Assembly (NCBI GenBank): GCA_963731265.1
Contig: CAVSUE010000002.1
Coordinates: 64,001 to 128,000 of the forward strand
Reading direction: 5' to 3'
Source: an uncultured Verrucomicrobiae bacterium
Lineage (GTDB): Bacteria; Chlamydiota; Chlamydiia; Chlamydiales; Rhabdochlamydiaceae
Length of the DNA stretch: 64,000 bases
Shown here: piece by piece, positions 38,662 through 49,321 of the stretch
How positions within the stretch are numbered: position 1 is the stretch's first letter
How the letters are laid out: each line of letters opens with the position of its first letter
The notes under the pieces: generated by a model
Database searches by the model: none
Told to the model about the DNA's origin: nothing
The model's input: the letters and a program-made list of their open reading frames with translations, nothing else
Position numbers and translations under genes: made by a program

Positions 38662-39387
38662 TCAGGCGCTCATTTTTTTTCCGGCTGCAAGAATGGGGGT
38701 TTCTTCGCGGAATCGATAACCCACTCCCCGGACAGTTTCGATCCAATCAAAATGCGGCCCGAGCTTTTTTCGCAGAGAGGCGATATGCACATCGATATTG
38801 CGATCGACGATAAAAGCATCATCATTGTGGATATCATCGAGGAGCTGATTGCGGGTCAACACCTTTCCCCGATTCGTGAGAAGACGCCGGAGAATGCCGA
38901 ATTCGGACAAAGTGATTGTGATGATTTTATCTCCCTTTCTAAGCAAATAGCGGTCGACCTCAAGGGTAAATTCTCCAAAAGAAATGACTTTAGGGGCCTT
39001 TTCCGGTTCTTTGCTACGGCGGAGGACGGCTTTTATCCTGGAAAAGAGGACTTTCGGTGAAAACGGCTTGGCCACATAGTCGTCCGCTCCAAGTTCCAGG
39101 CCAAGCACCATATCGAGCTCCTCTCCCTTCGCCGTCAAAATAATCACGGGAATTGCTCTCAAATCAGGATTGCTTTTGATTTTTCTGCAGACATCAAATC
39201 CATTTTGACCAGGGAGCATGATGTCTAAGATAACGAGATCGGGTTTTTCACGTTCAATCGCCCGATATCCATTGATTCCATCTACTTCGACATGCATTTT
39301 ATAGCCGGAAGCTTCCGCTTGAAGCTTGATCAAGGCAGCAATATCTTCTTCATCCTCGATCAGGAGGATTCTCTTTTTGTGGCTCAT
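38662..39387 (-). CDS. OmpR/PhoB-family response regulator
   Basis: ILLIEDE, LVILDIMLP, LTAKG, GADDYVAKPF, winged-helix IETVRGVGYRF. Confidence 0.95.
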   Translation of the reverse strand: MSHKKRILLIEDEEDIAALIKLQAEASGYKMHVEVDGINGYRAIEREKPDLVILDIMLPGQNGFDVCRKIKSNPDLRAIPVIILTAKGEELDMVLGLELGADDYVAKPFSPKVLFSRIKAVLRRSKEPEKAPKVISFGEFTLEVDRYLLRKGDKIITITLSEFGILRRLLTNRGKVLTRNQLLDDIHNDDAFIVDRNIDVHIASLRKKLGPHFDWIETVRGVGYRFREETPILAAGKKMSA

Positions 39388-39531
39388 TCTGATTACCTCA
39401 AATCTTTAATGATTTTCCTAATTCAACAGTGAAATTAATTTTTTTTCACCTACATTCTTCAAAAATCATGTTTGAGCTTGCTAACCGCGTCCATGAAGTG
39501 TAAAAGAAAAAATTATAATTAGGAGATTTCC

Positions 39532-39978
39532 ATGAAGCAAGCACTCTCCATCCTGGTCCTAGGAACAGTCTTGTGTGCGGCATGTGAGAACAAGGCAGAA
39601 ACTGGCGCCTTGGTCGGCGCTGGCGTGGGCATCGGGGCTGGCGCGCTCATCAGTCCAACACCCGCAGGTGTTTTAATCGGCGGTGCTGTAGGCGCAGTAA
39701 GTGGTGCTGTGATCGGGGCCGCGCTCGATTCTTCCGACCGGAACAACCTGCAGCAAGGATCTCCCCGAACGCTCAGAAAGGTCGATGATGGAGAGCAGCT
39801 TTCGATGTACGACATTGAGAAAATGTCTCACGCGGGAATTACCGATGATAAAATCATCGGCGCGATCAACTCCACCGGAAGCGTCTACCATTTATCATCG
39901 AGCGACGTGCAGGATCTTAAAAATGCTGGCGTTTCCCAACGCGTGATCGATTTCATGCTCCAGACTCCTTACCAATAA
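39532..39978 (+). CDS. Glycine-zipper lipoprotein
   Basis: Lipobox LCAAC; GALVGAGVGIGAGA...GGAVGAVSGAVIG. Confidence 0.8.
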   Translation: MKQALSILVLGTVLCAACENKAETGALVGAGVGIGAGALISPTPAGVLIGGAVGAVSGAVIGAALDSSDRNNLQQGSPRTLRKVDDGEQLSMYDIEKMSHAGITDDKIIGAINSTGSVYHLSSSDVQDLKNAGVSQRVIDFMLQTPYQ

Positions 39979-40023
39979 GCTTTTCCGTTGAGAAAAACAG
40001 ACCGGCAGTTAAAATAGCATCCT

Positions 40024-41085
40024 ATGACCACAACTGAAACCATTCTAAACGAAAATGGATCCCGCCCCCGCTCGCGGCTCGACGAGCAGATGGAACGTTT
40101 ATGCAGCGACGCATTGGAAGATTTTAAACAAGTGACGCGTCAATATGCGTTCTTCCATATTCTCTTCTTCTCAATTGCCGTGTTAGAGCTTGCTGCGTTC
40201 GTCCTCTTTTTTTCTTTCCTGACAAAAACGACAATCTTTGCTTTTTCTCTAGCAGGGCTGCTCCTCACCGGCTTCACTTATTTTGTCCTGTTATTTTACT
40301 TTCAAGCCAAAAAGCCCAATCAGCTTTTTGAAGTCAGGGCCTATTTTCTCGAATCCTCTCGCTCCGTTCTTCCCTTTGAAAAAAATACTCCCGAATACCA
40401 CCTCGCTCTTGCCACCAGCCTGGAAAGGCTTCTCTCTACTTTGCACCGGTTGGAGTATTCCTATTATCAGCTTCCCACTTCTTTCAAGACGCTTTCCCCG
40501 CTCATGCAAAAATTCAGCGCCTGGACGCACTGGAAAGACCTCCACCAAATGAAAGAGCTTCTTCTCTTGATGATAATCAAAGAACAGATCGAACTGATCA
40601 AAATTCAGCCAACGCAGCTCGAAGGACATGCCCATCTCGCCAATTCCTATTTGACCCTTGCCAAACTCTATATGGACCCTCGCAAACTTTATCCCGATGA
40701 AGACCTCTTGTGGATCTCCCCTGAATATTCTTCCTTTGAGATGTTAGAAAAATTCAAGAAAGCTTCCCTGAAGGCCCTCCAGGAATATCAAATACTCGAT
40801 TCCTATGTCCCCAACGACCCCTGGGTCCACGCTCAGCTCGCCCTCATCTACCACAACCTCGATCTCTATCAGGAAGAGATGCGCGCCTATGAGGCGATCC
40901 TCAAGGTCTCTCCCCATGAGCGGGAAGTCCTCTTCCGACTCGGCGTGCTCTATTTCACACATGGCCTAAGCGCGCAAGGCTTGCGCATCTACGAGCAGCT
41001 CAAAAAAAACAACGACGCCAAAGCAGATGAGCTCATCGCCTGCTACGACGCCGCTGTGATGGATGAATACCCTGAGTTTGAATAA
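40024..41085 (+). CDS. Membrane-anchored TPR-containing protein
   Basis: Two N-terminal TM helices; C-terminal TPR-like PNDPWVHAQLA..YH, VLFRLGVLYF. Confidence 0.78.
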   Translation: MTTTETILNENGSRPRSRLDEQMERLCSDALEDFKQVTRQYAFFHILFFSIAVLELAAFVLFFSFLTKTTIFAFSLAGLLLTGFTYFVLLFYFQAKKPNQLFEVRAYFLESSRSVLPFEKNTPEYHLALATSLERLLSTLHRLEYSYYQLPTSFKTLSPLMQKFSAWTHWKDLHQMKELLLLMIIKEQIELIKIQPTQLEGHAHLANSYLTLAKLYMDPRKLYPDEDLLWISPEYSSFEMLEKFKKASLKALQEYQILDSYVPNDPWVHAQLALIYHNLDLYQEEMRAYEAILKVSPHEREVLFRLGVLYFTHGLSAQGLRIYEQLKKNNDAKADELIACYDAAVMDEYPEFE

Positions 41086-41110
41086 GGGAGGGCGGGAAAG
41101 CCCTCCCTTA
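41083..41110. terminator. Hairpin between convergent genes
   Basis: TAAGGGAGGGC-GGGAAA-GCCCTCCCTTA. Confidence 0.7.
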
Positions 41111-41112
41111 AA

Positions 41113-42924
41113 TTAGCCGTTAATAACATCGACGATGGCTTGAACGCGGTAGTGGTTCAACAATGCGCGAGGTACCCCTGCTGGAGGTACGCCATTTGAT
41201 AGTCCCGTGGTAAACACATTTGTCCCCCAAGCTGGATCACTCGAGTGTCCATCTGCCTTCACAGATCCCAAGTGCCCACGGCGGTGCATGATCTCGTAAA
41301 ACCTGCCATACACTTTTTCAGCAATATCGTTTGATATGTTCGACGACGGGTTCACTTGTATATACCATCCGAAATCAGCTGTATTGTCTTCTCTAGCATT
41401 CTGCAAACCCGTTGCTATTGCAATGAGCGTTGCGTGGCCTGACGTAGGAATAGTGATCCTCGGGGGAAGAGCGACAGCGGGAACAGATGCTGCGACAGGG
41501 GCAATAGGTTGTGGTACGACTTGCGGCTGCACAGGTTCAGGAGCTTTTGGCGCAATCTTGTCTTTTTCAGTCTCCAAGATCTGCTTTTGTGCTTCTCTAA
41601 CCCCAGTGAAGAGAACATTCCAATAGGCCACATAATCATTGATTAATTCTTTCATCTGATCGTCTGTAGTGGGGAAGTTGAGATTTGGATTTGTTTTAAA
41701 AGCAGCTAATCGATTTTGCAATTCGGCGTAGCTGCTGTTTGTGAGAACGGAAAGATCGATGACATCAGCCAGTCCCTGTTTATTCAGTGTTGCATCCTTA
41801 GCGACAAATTGGGCTAAAAGCGCAAACTTTTCTGCAAAATTCTGCACATTTTTTTTGTCATCGCTTGAAGATTGTAGACGCAAATTAATAGACTGAATTG
41901 CTGTTGCGAGAGCGGAGAAGCTCCCATTGCTTTTCGTTAAGGTTTCAATCGCCTTGCAGATGCCATCTAGAATCCGAATTTGTTTCGCAGCATCATGGAA
42001 CCGGGCTTGTGATTCACCAAATAATTTACGCGCAGACGCCTCTCGGTTGCTCTTTTCGAATTCAGAAAGACGCCTTTGCACAAGTTCTTTGCTTTTTTGA
42101 AGCTTTTCTTTCTTATCCTGAATCGAAGAAATATGATCTTCTAGTCCGACCTCTAAATTTCTCAGACGTATTGAAATGGATGATATAACACCCCATTTAA
42201 TTTGATTTAAAGACCCCTGAAGGTGGCTGGGAGTATTAATTAACCTTTTAATATCTTTAACCGCATCATTAATGATCCTTTTCGTTTCGTCCCCTAATCC
42301 AGCCTTTTGATTTAACGCCTCGAGATATTGCTCGAAGCCAACAAATGAGTCTATTTCCTCCCAATCCGCATTACATAAGTTGTCCAAAGCTTCTGTTCTA
42401 ATTTCCTTGATAACCTCAATGAGGTCTCGAATGTTTTGTTTTGCAGGATCTTGAGCCTCGATTTTCTGTTGTAATCGAGCAATCCCAGTTTCCAGTTCCA
42501 CTTTAACATTCGGTGCAGGAAGTACAATCGCCTTTGTATCCAAAACGCTTTTCGTATCTTCCAGTTTTTTGATAACTGCAGCGCTGCTGGTCCTTGCGTG
42601 GATCAAATTTAAAAAGCCGCACACGAATGAGACAATGAAGAAGCTTTTTGATTGTACTTTTCCGTCATCAGACAAGAGCAGTGTGCATAAGCCTCTTTCT
42701 TTCAAAGAAGGTACATTTGCAACACCGTTAACCTTCCCGATCACATGATCCAATTCTATCATCAATTCTTTACGTTCAGCTTGAGACATTTTCTTCACGC
42801 GATTCTGTACAGCAATTTTATTCGTCGCGCCATCTGTGGCATCGTTGAATTTAAACATGGGCGACGCAGCAATAGTCTTTACAATTGAACTATTTGTAAC
42901 TTCTGAATTTATAGCCATAACCAT
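41113..42924 (-). CDS. Hypothetical coiled-coil effector-like protein
   Basis: 603 aa; coiled coil, Pro/Ala/Val linker, small C-terminal helical module; GAGG RBS and very AT-rich upstream region. Confidence 0.75.
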   Translation of the reverse strand: MVMAINSEVTNSSIVKTIAASPMFKFNDATDGATNKIAVQNRVKKMSQAERKELMIELDHVIGKVNGVANVPSLKERGLCTLLLSDDGKVQSKSFFIVSFVCGFLNLIHARTSSAAVIKKLEDTKSVLDTKAIVLPAPNVKVELETGIARLQQKIEAQDPAKQNIRDLIEVIKEIRTEALDNLCNADWEEIDSFVGFEQYLEALNQKAGLGDETKRIINDAVKDIKRLINTPSHLQGSLNQIKWGVISSISIRLRNLEVGLEDHISSIQDKKEKLQKSKELVQRRLSEFEKSNREASARKLFGESQARFHDAAKQIRILDGICKAIETLTKSNGSFSALATAIQSINLRLQSSSDDKKNVQNFAEKFALLAQFVAKDATLNKQGLADVIDLSVLTNSSYAELQNRLAAFKTNPNLNFPTTDDQMKELINDYVAYWNVLFTGVREAQKQILETEKDKIAPKAPEPVQPQVVPQPIAPVAASVPAVALPPRITIPTSGHATLIAIATGLQNAREDNTADFGWYIQVNPSSNISNDIAEKVYGRFYEIMHRRGHLGSVKADGHSSDPAWGTNVFTTGLSNGVPPAGVPRALLNHYRVQAIVDVING

Positions 42925-43092
42925 TCCTCAATTTTTTATTCTAGATTATTATAGTTTTAATTATATCAGATAAAATAGTTTAGTTGAATAGAAACGAGGA
43001 AATAAAATTTAATTTAATGTGTAATAAAATTTATAATATATAATTTAATGAAATTTTTTATTATGTATTAAAATTTTAATTAATTGAATTTC

Positions 43093-44016
43093 TTACTGAA
43101 AAAGGATTCTCCAGTCCAAAGTGCCGACTAAAATCCCTACGATGCAAAGCCCATTGGCAAGCCAATTCACCTTTTCTTTATAAAGCCATTGGCCCCAAAG
43201 ATTGCAGGACAAAATGATCACAACAGAAAAGATCGGGAATATCATCGCGTGTTCGAGCCGAGTGGAAACTTCTGTCGACCAAATCATGAAGAAGGTGCCG
43301 ATCCCGTTGGTAAGTCCACCTAAAATGCCATAAGCAACCTCGGATCGATTGGGAAGCCGGCGCTGCGCCGAGATGTAATAAATAATTTGAATGAGGGCAG
43401 CGGCAAAGTAGAGGGATGGCATAAACCATTGACTTGTGGCATCTTGCACATCGAAATTGAGAAATAGGCCATTTTCACCAGGGAAATTAATGAAAAGCGC
43501 CCGCCACTGCATCAGGATAAGGAAAAGCGTATGCAGGAGGAAGGCGCCAACCACAAAGGCGGCCCATCGCATTTTCTTCTCGGAGTTTCTAGCCCCCCAG
43601 CCTGCCCAAAACAGCCCCAGAATGACAAGGAGGGATCCCAAGCCGTTGAAGACAGAATACACATACCCAAATGGAGCGCCGAACAAAAATACCATCAAGA
43701 CCATCGGCATGACCGATGAAGCGTTCAGAGCTGCAAAAGTCAGTCCTGGCGGGCCGCTCTCTAACGATTTTCCCAGGCAAATCATCATTATCGCAAGGAT
43801 AACGCCGCCCGCGATTCCGAAATTGACCATACAGGCGCTCCATTGGTATTCTCCTGTGCGCACAGGATTCAACAAAACGGCCACCAAAAAGACCAACGAG
43901 AGCTGAATCATCAAAAAGGCTTTACTCGATCCTCCGGAATCAATGCTCCTCCGCATACAATAATTTGAAGCGGCCACAAAAAGGGAAGCGAGTACCATCA
44001 ACTGGATGCCCATCAA
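43093..44016 (-). CDS. DMT/EamA-superfamily membrane protein
   Basis: About 10 hydrophobic helices in two repeats. Confidence 0.7.
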   Translation of the reverse strand: MMGIQLMVLASLFVAASNYCMRRSIDSGGSSKAFLMIQLSLVFLVAVLLNPVRTGEYQWSACMVNFGIAGGVILAIMMICLGKSLESGPPGLTFAALNASSVMPMVLMVFLFGAPFGYVYSVFNGLGSLLVILGLFWAGWGARNSEKKMRWAAFVVGAFLLHTLFLILMQWRALFINFPGENGLFLNFDVQDATSQWFMPSLYFAAALIQIIYYISAQRRLPNRSEVAYGILGGLTNGIGTFFMIWSTEVSTRLEHAMIFPIFSVVIILSCNLWGQWLYKEKVNWLANGLCIVGILVGTLDWRILFQ

Positions 44017-44142
44017 AAAAACCTTGCATTTATGGTATCAGAATACCAAGACTGTCAAAAATTTTGAACGAAAAATTGTTGTGACTTTGAACGGAAAAGG
44101 GTATATAAATTTCTAAGAAAAATCGTTTTTAGACAGGTTCAG

Positions 44143-46845
44143 ATGCGAAAACCAATTGCGTTGCTCTTCTCTCTACTCAGTCTGCTTACCAGCCTATCGG
44201 CCAAAATCCCCGATGGGGCCTCTCTAGAAGAGAGTCTTCAACTGCGCAAGATTGCGGAATATTGGAAGGAAAACGACTTTAAAACAGTGAAAATTCAGAT
44301 CAAGGATTTTTTAGGCAAAAATCCAAAAAGCGCTTATGCCGATCAGCTCCATGCCATGCTCGGAGATCTTTACTTTCAGGATAAAAACTATGCAGAGGCA
44401 GCTCTAGCTTATGATCAAATCCAGGGAAAAGAATTCCGCCAAAAAACGCAATTCCGCCATTTACACAGCCTTTACGAAGAAGAAAAATACGATGCGTTCC
44501 TTCCCCTTTCCGATCTGTTTTTAAGCGACCCCAATGCAAAAGCCGATGAGATCAATACGATTCACTTTGAACGGGGTGAGATTTTTTTCACGACCGCTTA
44601 TCGTGAAGAGGATGAGGTTCAAAAAAAAGAGCTGATGAAGTCCGCTCTTGCGGAATACCAGCACGTGATGCAGACAAAATACAGCGATTCGACGTTGCTT
44701 CCTCAAGCACAAATTCTCGCTTTTTTTGGGGAGTACTCAAAAGCTGCTTCTGTGTTTATGCTGCTCTCGCATAAAGACCAAAACAAAAAAGAAGATTACC
44801 TTTTTCAAGCGGCCGCCATGCAGCTTCATTTCGATAAAGGCAAGGCGATCGAAACTTTCGGCGCCATTTGTGAGCTCGGAGGAAAAACCGCTTCAAAAGC
44901 AGCTTTCAATCAATTAAACCTTCTATTCCAGGAAAAACGTTATCAGGATTTCATCCTCGGCTATGAAAAAGCCTCCCCACATTTGTCCCAAGACAAAGCT
45001 CCTGTCATGCAATATTTCCTTGGCAAGTCTCTGTATTTCACTCAGGATTACGCACGGGCAGCCGATCCTCTCCTACAGTGTTTAGCCTCAAAAGCCCTCG
45101 ATCGCGCAGGACAAAAAAGCGCTCTGATTACGCTGATTGCTTGTGCAAGAGAAATGCCTGATCTCGTCTTGTTTGAAAAAGCGCTTACAACCTTAAAAGC
45201 AGAGTTTTCTCAGGACGAAGAAACGACGAATATCCTTCTGATGCACCTTCAGTTTTGCCGCGCTAATAAAGAATGGTCTAAAGCCCGCTCCGACATCCGT
45301 GAAATTCTCGACTTAAGCCCTAGCCATCCTGAAAAAGAGGCTCTGCTTTATGAGTATGCCTTGATTCTCCTGCAAGAAGAAAAATGGCAAGAAAGCGCAT
45401 CAGCTTTCGATTCCTTCGTGAAGGATTTTCCGCAAAGCTCCTACCGCGCGAATGCTCTGCGCCAAATTGTCAATTGCCGCATTGAGGATATCAAAAAAGG
45501 TCCCGTTGAAACAGCGCGTATCAAAAAGCAGCAGCTTCTCAGTGTGCTGAATGAGGTATTAGAAGAGCAAAAAATCTTCTCATCGTCAGAAAAACAAAAA
45601 ATGCGCTACCTCTTAGGAAAAACGCAGTTTGAAATGGGTGAATACGAGGAAGCGATCGGAAATTTGAGCGAATATGTCAAAGATTTCCCCAAAGATCCTA
45701 CCTGCGCCGATGCTTATCTTTTACTGGCCTATGCACACTATAAAGGGGAGCGCGATGACATGCATTTTGCGCTGAATGCGGAAAAAGCTCTTGTTCTAAA
45801 TCCGCACATGCAAGGCGCTGTCGATCTTCATCTGACCTTGTTCAATATGTATCTCGGTTTGGCCGAAAAGGCCTCAGGCGATGAGAAAGCCGAGAGGATT
45901 GAACGCGCAGCCGAACATCTTTTTTTGGGCCTAGACAAGCCTGCAAAAGAACAGAATCAACGCTGGCTTGCGAGCTACTATTTTCAACAGTACAAAAATG
46001 GGAACCCCGCACTGATCGAAAGATCGATCATTGTGCTGGAAAAACTGCTCGAGATCAAAGAAGGGGATTTTTCACTTTCCATCCAGGAACGCTCTTTGGA
46101 AAAAGAAGCGGAAGCATTAAAGTTGGCAGAACTCTACAGAAAAACAGGAAGGCACAAACAGCAAGTCCAGCTGCTCGGTACTCTGGCAAAAACCCATCAG
46201 TCTCATCCAGAACATCCATGGAAATATCAACGCATGACCCAATTCGAACTCGGAAAAGCTTATCTTGGGGCCGGCGAAAAAGATAAGGCCAAACAGAATT
46301 TCGAAGAATTGATCCTCTCCTCTGCTCACAGCTCATCCTATTTCGCTCACGCCGCGACTGTAGAAAAAGCAAAATTGGAGTTTTCTTCCCTGAAAAAAAC
46401 CGACCGGCATGAAGCCTCTGAAGCCGGCCTAGCGATTTGCAATGCGTTGAAAGATGTTTATATTCAACGAAAATTGCATTCAGAACCTCTTCATTTTGAA
46501 GCCGCTCTTTGTTATGCTGAATACAAATCCGCTTTAGCGCCGTTGTCGGAACAGAACGACCGTATGGTTTTTTTGCTCTCCCAGTTGAGAGATAATTATT
46601 TTGCTCCTGGGGATCCCCTGGTCCAACAATATTTTTCCGCTGCCGAACAATTTCCGGACAAAGATCAATTATGCAGGCAGTATCTCGCGTTCATCGATTT
46701 GGAGATCATGCGCCTGCAGGCTCAAAAAACAAACGATGCACAACTTCTTGACAAAACCAAGGAAAAATTGAATCATCTTTTGACGGAAGCGAATGAAGAA
46801 AAATTGAAACAACGCATCACAGAGGCTCTGAACAGACTGTTATGA
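44143..46845 (+). CDS. Large exported TPR-repeat protein
   Basis: Signal peptide; many TPR-like helices (FVKDFPQSSYRANAL, YLLGKTQFEMGEYEEAI). Confidence 0.82.
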   Translation: MRKPIALLFSLLSLLTSLSAKIPDGASLEESLQLRKIAEYWKENDFKTVKIQIKDFLGKNPKSAYADQLHAMLGDLYFQDKNYAEAALAYDQIQGKEFRQKTQFRHLHSLYEEEKYDAFLPLSDLFLSDPNAKADEINTIHFERGEIFFTTAYREEDEVQKKELMKSALAEYQHVMQTKYSDSTLLPQAQILAFFGEYSKAASVFMLLSHKDQNKKEDYLFQAAAMQLHFDKGKAIETFGAICELGGKTASKAAFNQLNLLFQEKRYQDFILGYEKASPHLSQDKAPVMQYFLGKSLYFTQDYARAADPLLQCLASKALDRAGQKSALITLIACAREMPDLVLFEKALTTLKAEFSQDEETTNILLMHLQFCRANKEWSKARSDIREILDLSPSHPEKEALLYEYALILLQEEKWQESASAFDSFVKDFPQSSYRANALRQIVNCRIEDIKKGPVETARIKKQQLLSVLNEVLEEQKIFSSSEKQKMRYLLGKTQFEMGEYEEAIGNLSEYVKDFPKDPTCADAYLLLAYAHYKGERDDMHFALNAEKALVLNPHMQGAVDLHLTLFNMYLGLAEKASGDEKAERIERAAEHLFLGLDKPAKEQNQRWLASYYFQQYKNGNPALIERSIIVLEKLLEIKEGDFSLSIQERSLEKEAEALKLAELYRKTGRHKQQVQLLGTLAKTHQSHPEHPWKYQRMTQFELGKAYLGAGEKDKAKQNFEELILSSAHSSSYFAHAATVEKAKLEFSSLKKTDRHEASEAGLAICNALKDVYIQRKLHSEPLHFEAALCYAEYKSALAPLSEQNDRMVFLLSQLRDNYFAPGDPLVQQYFSAAEQFPDKDQLCRQYLAFIDLEIMRLQAQKTNDAQLLDKTKEKLNHLLTEANEEKLKQRITEALNRLL

Positions 46846-48749
46846 ACGCCATGCCAATTTCTTCGAAATCACGCCTGCTCCTGATGAAATGCATTGCGGT
46901 TTCATTGGCTGTCCATGCGGCAGGTCTCCTTTCATTCTATTTTCATCCTCTTGTTTTGCATAGCCCCTTCCAATCGCTTTTCGGCATCACTGCCGCCACG
47001 CCGACCTTGCTGAAGTCCCGCGAAGAGGATGCCGAATTGCTGCAGGCGAACAACCGCACTCTTAAGGAAGTTTTCGAGAACATCGTTGTCTTTTCTCCCC
47101 ATTTTCAGCAGCCTTATGATCTGATTGAACTTCCCAAAGGGCTTGCTCTGGCCCCCAATGAAGAAGATGGGATGATCGACCCTCCCGGCAACGATTTTTT
47201 TCCCGCCCTTGAAAGATCAAAGCAACAAAACTCCTTCGCTCTACCTATTTCTGAAAAAACTCAGGACCAAAGACAAGAAGACCTTCCCGCTCTGTTTTCT
47301 CCACAAGAAATTGGGGCCCCATTTGCCTCGCAATTGCAAATCGACGCCAATCCCGCAATCGGCGAAATTCCTCTTCCTAGCATTCCCATCGGCGAAGGTA
47401 ACGATGACAATCTTGTCGTCCTCAGTGATTTCTCCTTGGCCGCCTCTTTTGAAACTGACTATTCGCTCAATTTGTCACCTCAGCTCGCATCGCCAAACAG
47501 CCTGAAGATTGGAGAAGACCTCCAACTGAAAGCCGATATTAAATCTCAGGCTGCGCTTGTCGAGGAACGGCATTTAAACCTGGAAAATGAAAAAGTGCGT
47601 TCGACGCTTTTTGTGCCTAAATCCTCCCACCTTTTTACAGAAAAACGGGAACTCGCCGTCTCAAGCCCGCCTCTAGCTTTCGAACACTACAAATTTCCTC
47701 CTCTGGCGACCGCCTCGGAATGGGACAGTCAATTTGATGTCGACATTGTTTTCCTCCCCAATCCTGAAGGCCAAGGCTATATCTTTTCCCTTTCCGTCCA
47801 CCCAGGCGATGAGATCCACAGCCATAGCTTGAAACAAAATCTCTATTTCATCCTCGATCGCTCCAATTCGGTGCAAAAACACCGTTTCGCTGTGTTCAAA
47901 CGCGCTGTCCTGAAAGCCCTTACCAGTATGCAGCACGGCGATGCTTTCAACATTCTGATCATCGATAAAAAGCTCACTGCATTCAGCCCGGAAAATCGCC
48001 CTGTGACTATGAGGAATATTCAGGCTGCGGAGGAGTTTCTCGACAAGCAAGAAGCGGGCGGACTATTTGCTGCTGCCGAGATGTTAGGGTCTCTCGATAA
48101 AATCCTCGCCACGATTCCCGATAACGAAGAAATGCATACAGCTGTTTTGTTGACCGATGGAAAATCGGGAATGAACAACGAGCGCAAACAAAACATGCTG
48201 AAGAAGTGGGTGGAAAAAAATAACGGTAAATTGTCCGTTTATGCCGCGGCCGTTGGTCGCGATAACGATCTATTGACGCTCGACATGTTGACCTCGCTCA
48301 GCGGAGGCAGGCTTCTTTATTCCGATACCCATGCCGCTTTGCCCAGGAAATTAGCCAAACTCGTCCTCGACCTCAAAGATCCTGTCGCAAAAGAGTTGAT
48401 GATTACTGCTCTCCCGCACCATCCCCATTCCCGCATTGAGTTCTATCCAGCAGGCTCCCATCTTCCCTCGCTGTATTCCCACCAGCCATTTGTGCTCATC
48501 GGGCAAATTGACGACCCCTGTTCCTTTGATCTCGTGATTCAGGGGAGAAACCGCGACGAATGGATTTCCATCAATAAAAACGTCTCTTTCGTCAATGGCC
48601 AGAAAGGCACACAGGCCCTCGAATTGCAATGGTCCGGCGCCCAAGCCAATCTATGCTATGCCAAATTTCTCAAAGAGGGGAAAGGCGCGCATCTCAAAGA
48701 GGCGAAAGAAATCCTTAAAAAATCCCGCCGAGAGATCGCGTTCGAATGA
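46842..48749 (+). CDS. Membrane-anchored von Willebrand factor A domain protein
   Basis: N-terminal TM (SLAVH); MIDAS-like FILDRSNSV and VLLTDG. Confidence 0.82.
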   Translation: MNAMPISSKSRLLLMKCIAVSLAVHAAGLLSFYFHPLVLHSPFQSLFGITAATPTLLKSREEDAELLQANNRTLKEVFENIVVFSPHFQQPYDLIELPKGLALAPNEEDGMIDPPGNDFFPALERSKQQNSFALPISEKTQDQRQEDLPALFSPQEIGAPFASQLQIDANPAIGEIPLPSIPIGEGNDDNLVVLSDFSLAASFETDYSLNLSPQLASPNSLKIGEDLQLKADIKSQAALVEERHLNLENEKVRSTLFVPKSSHLFTEKRELAVSSPPLAFEHYKFPPLATASEWDSQFDVDIVFLPNPEGQGYIFSLSVHPGDEIHSHSLKQNLYFILDRSNSVQKHRFAVFKRAVLKALTSMQHGDAFNILIIDKKLTAFSPENRPVTMRNIQAAEEFLDKQEAGGLFAAAEMLGSLDKILATIPDNEEMHTAVLLTDGKSGMNNERKQNMLKKWVEKNNGKLSVYAAAVGRDNDLLTLDMLTSLSGGRLLYSDTHAALPRKLAKLVLDLKDPVAKELMITALPHHPHSRIEFYPAGSHLPSLYSHQPFVLIGQIDDPCSFDLVIQGRNRDEWISINKNVSFVNGQKGTQALELQWSGAQANLCYAKFLKEGKGAHLKEAKEILKKSRREIAFE

Positions 48750-49321
48750 CTTTCCGGATCATTGGCGGCACTTTCCGCAACCATCCTTTGAAGTCCCCTA
48801 AGGGACAACAAACACGTCCAACACTTGCCATCATGCGCAAGGCTGTTTTTGATATTTTGCAAAACCAGGTAGAAAATGCTCATTTGCTCGATCTGTATGC
48901 CGGCACCGGCGCGATGGGGCTTGAAGCCTTGAGCCGAGGAGCGGCGCATGCGACGTTTGTCGAGAAAGATCGCGCGGCCCTGCATTGCCTTCAACAGAAT
49001 ATTGAAACTCTTAAGGTCGATCAGAAATGCACATTGGTGGGATATGATTGTTCTTCCGCTTTAAAGAAATTCGACAAAAAAAAGCTCCGCTTCGATATCG
49101 TCTACGCGGATCCACCTTACGCCGCAGCTTCAAAGCAGCTGGAAGAAATTTTACTCTTCTTTGATACACATGATCTTCTGAGTAAAGGAGGAGTATTATT
49201 CCTTGAAGAGGCTTTTCCACCCACTTTGAAGGCAGACAATTTATCCCTCTCCCAGTTACGCTATGTCGATACCCGCTCTTTTTCACATTCCACCTTGCAC
49301 CAATTCCGACTGTCCAACTAA
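48746..49321 (+). CDS. rsmD: 16S rRNA (guanine966-N2)-methyltransferase
   Basis: RIIGG, TRPT, LDLYAGTGAMGLEALSRGA, DPPY. Confidence 0.95.
   Translation: MTFRIIGGTFRNHPLKSPKGQQTRPTLAIMRKAVFDILQNQVENAHLLDLYAGTGAMGLEALSRGAAHATFVEKDRAALHCLQQNIETLKVDQKCTLVGYDCSSALKKFDKKKLRFDIVYADPPYAAASKQLEEILLFFDTHDLLSKGGVLFLEEAFPPTLKADNLSLSQLRYVDTRSFSHSTLHQFRLSN

Noticed and set aside
42925..43092. Very AT-rich stretch as a replication origin
   Set aside because: No DnaA-box cluster is visible; it looks like the promoter region of the 603-aa gene (TATAAT on the minus strand at 42960-42965), similar to 8797-8880
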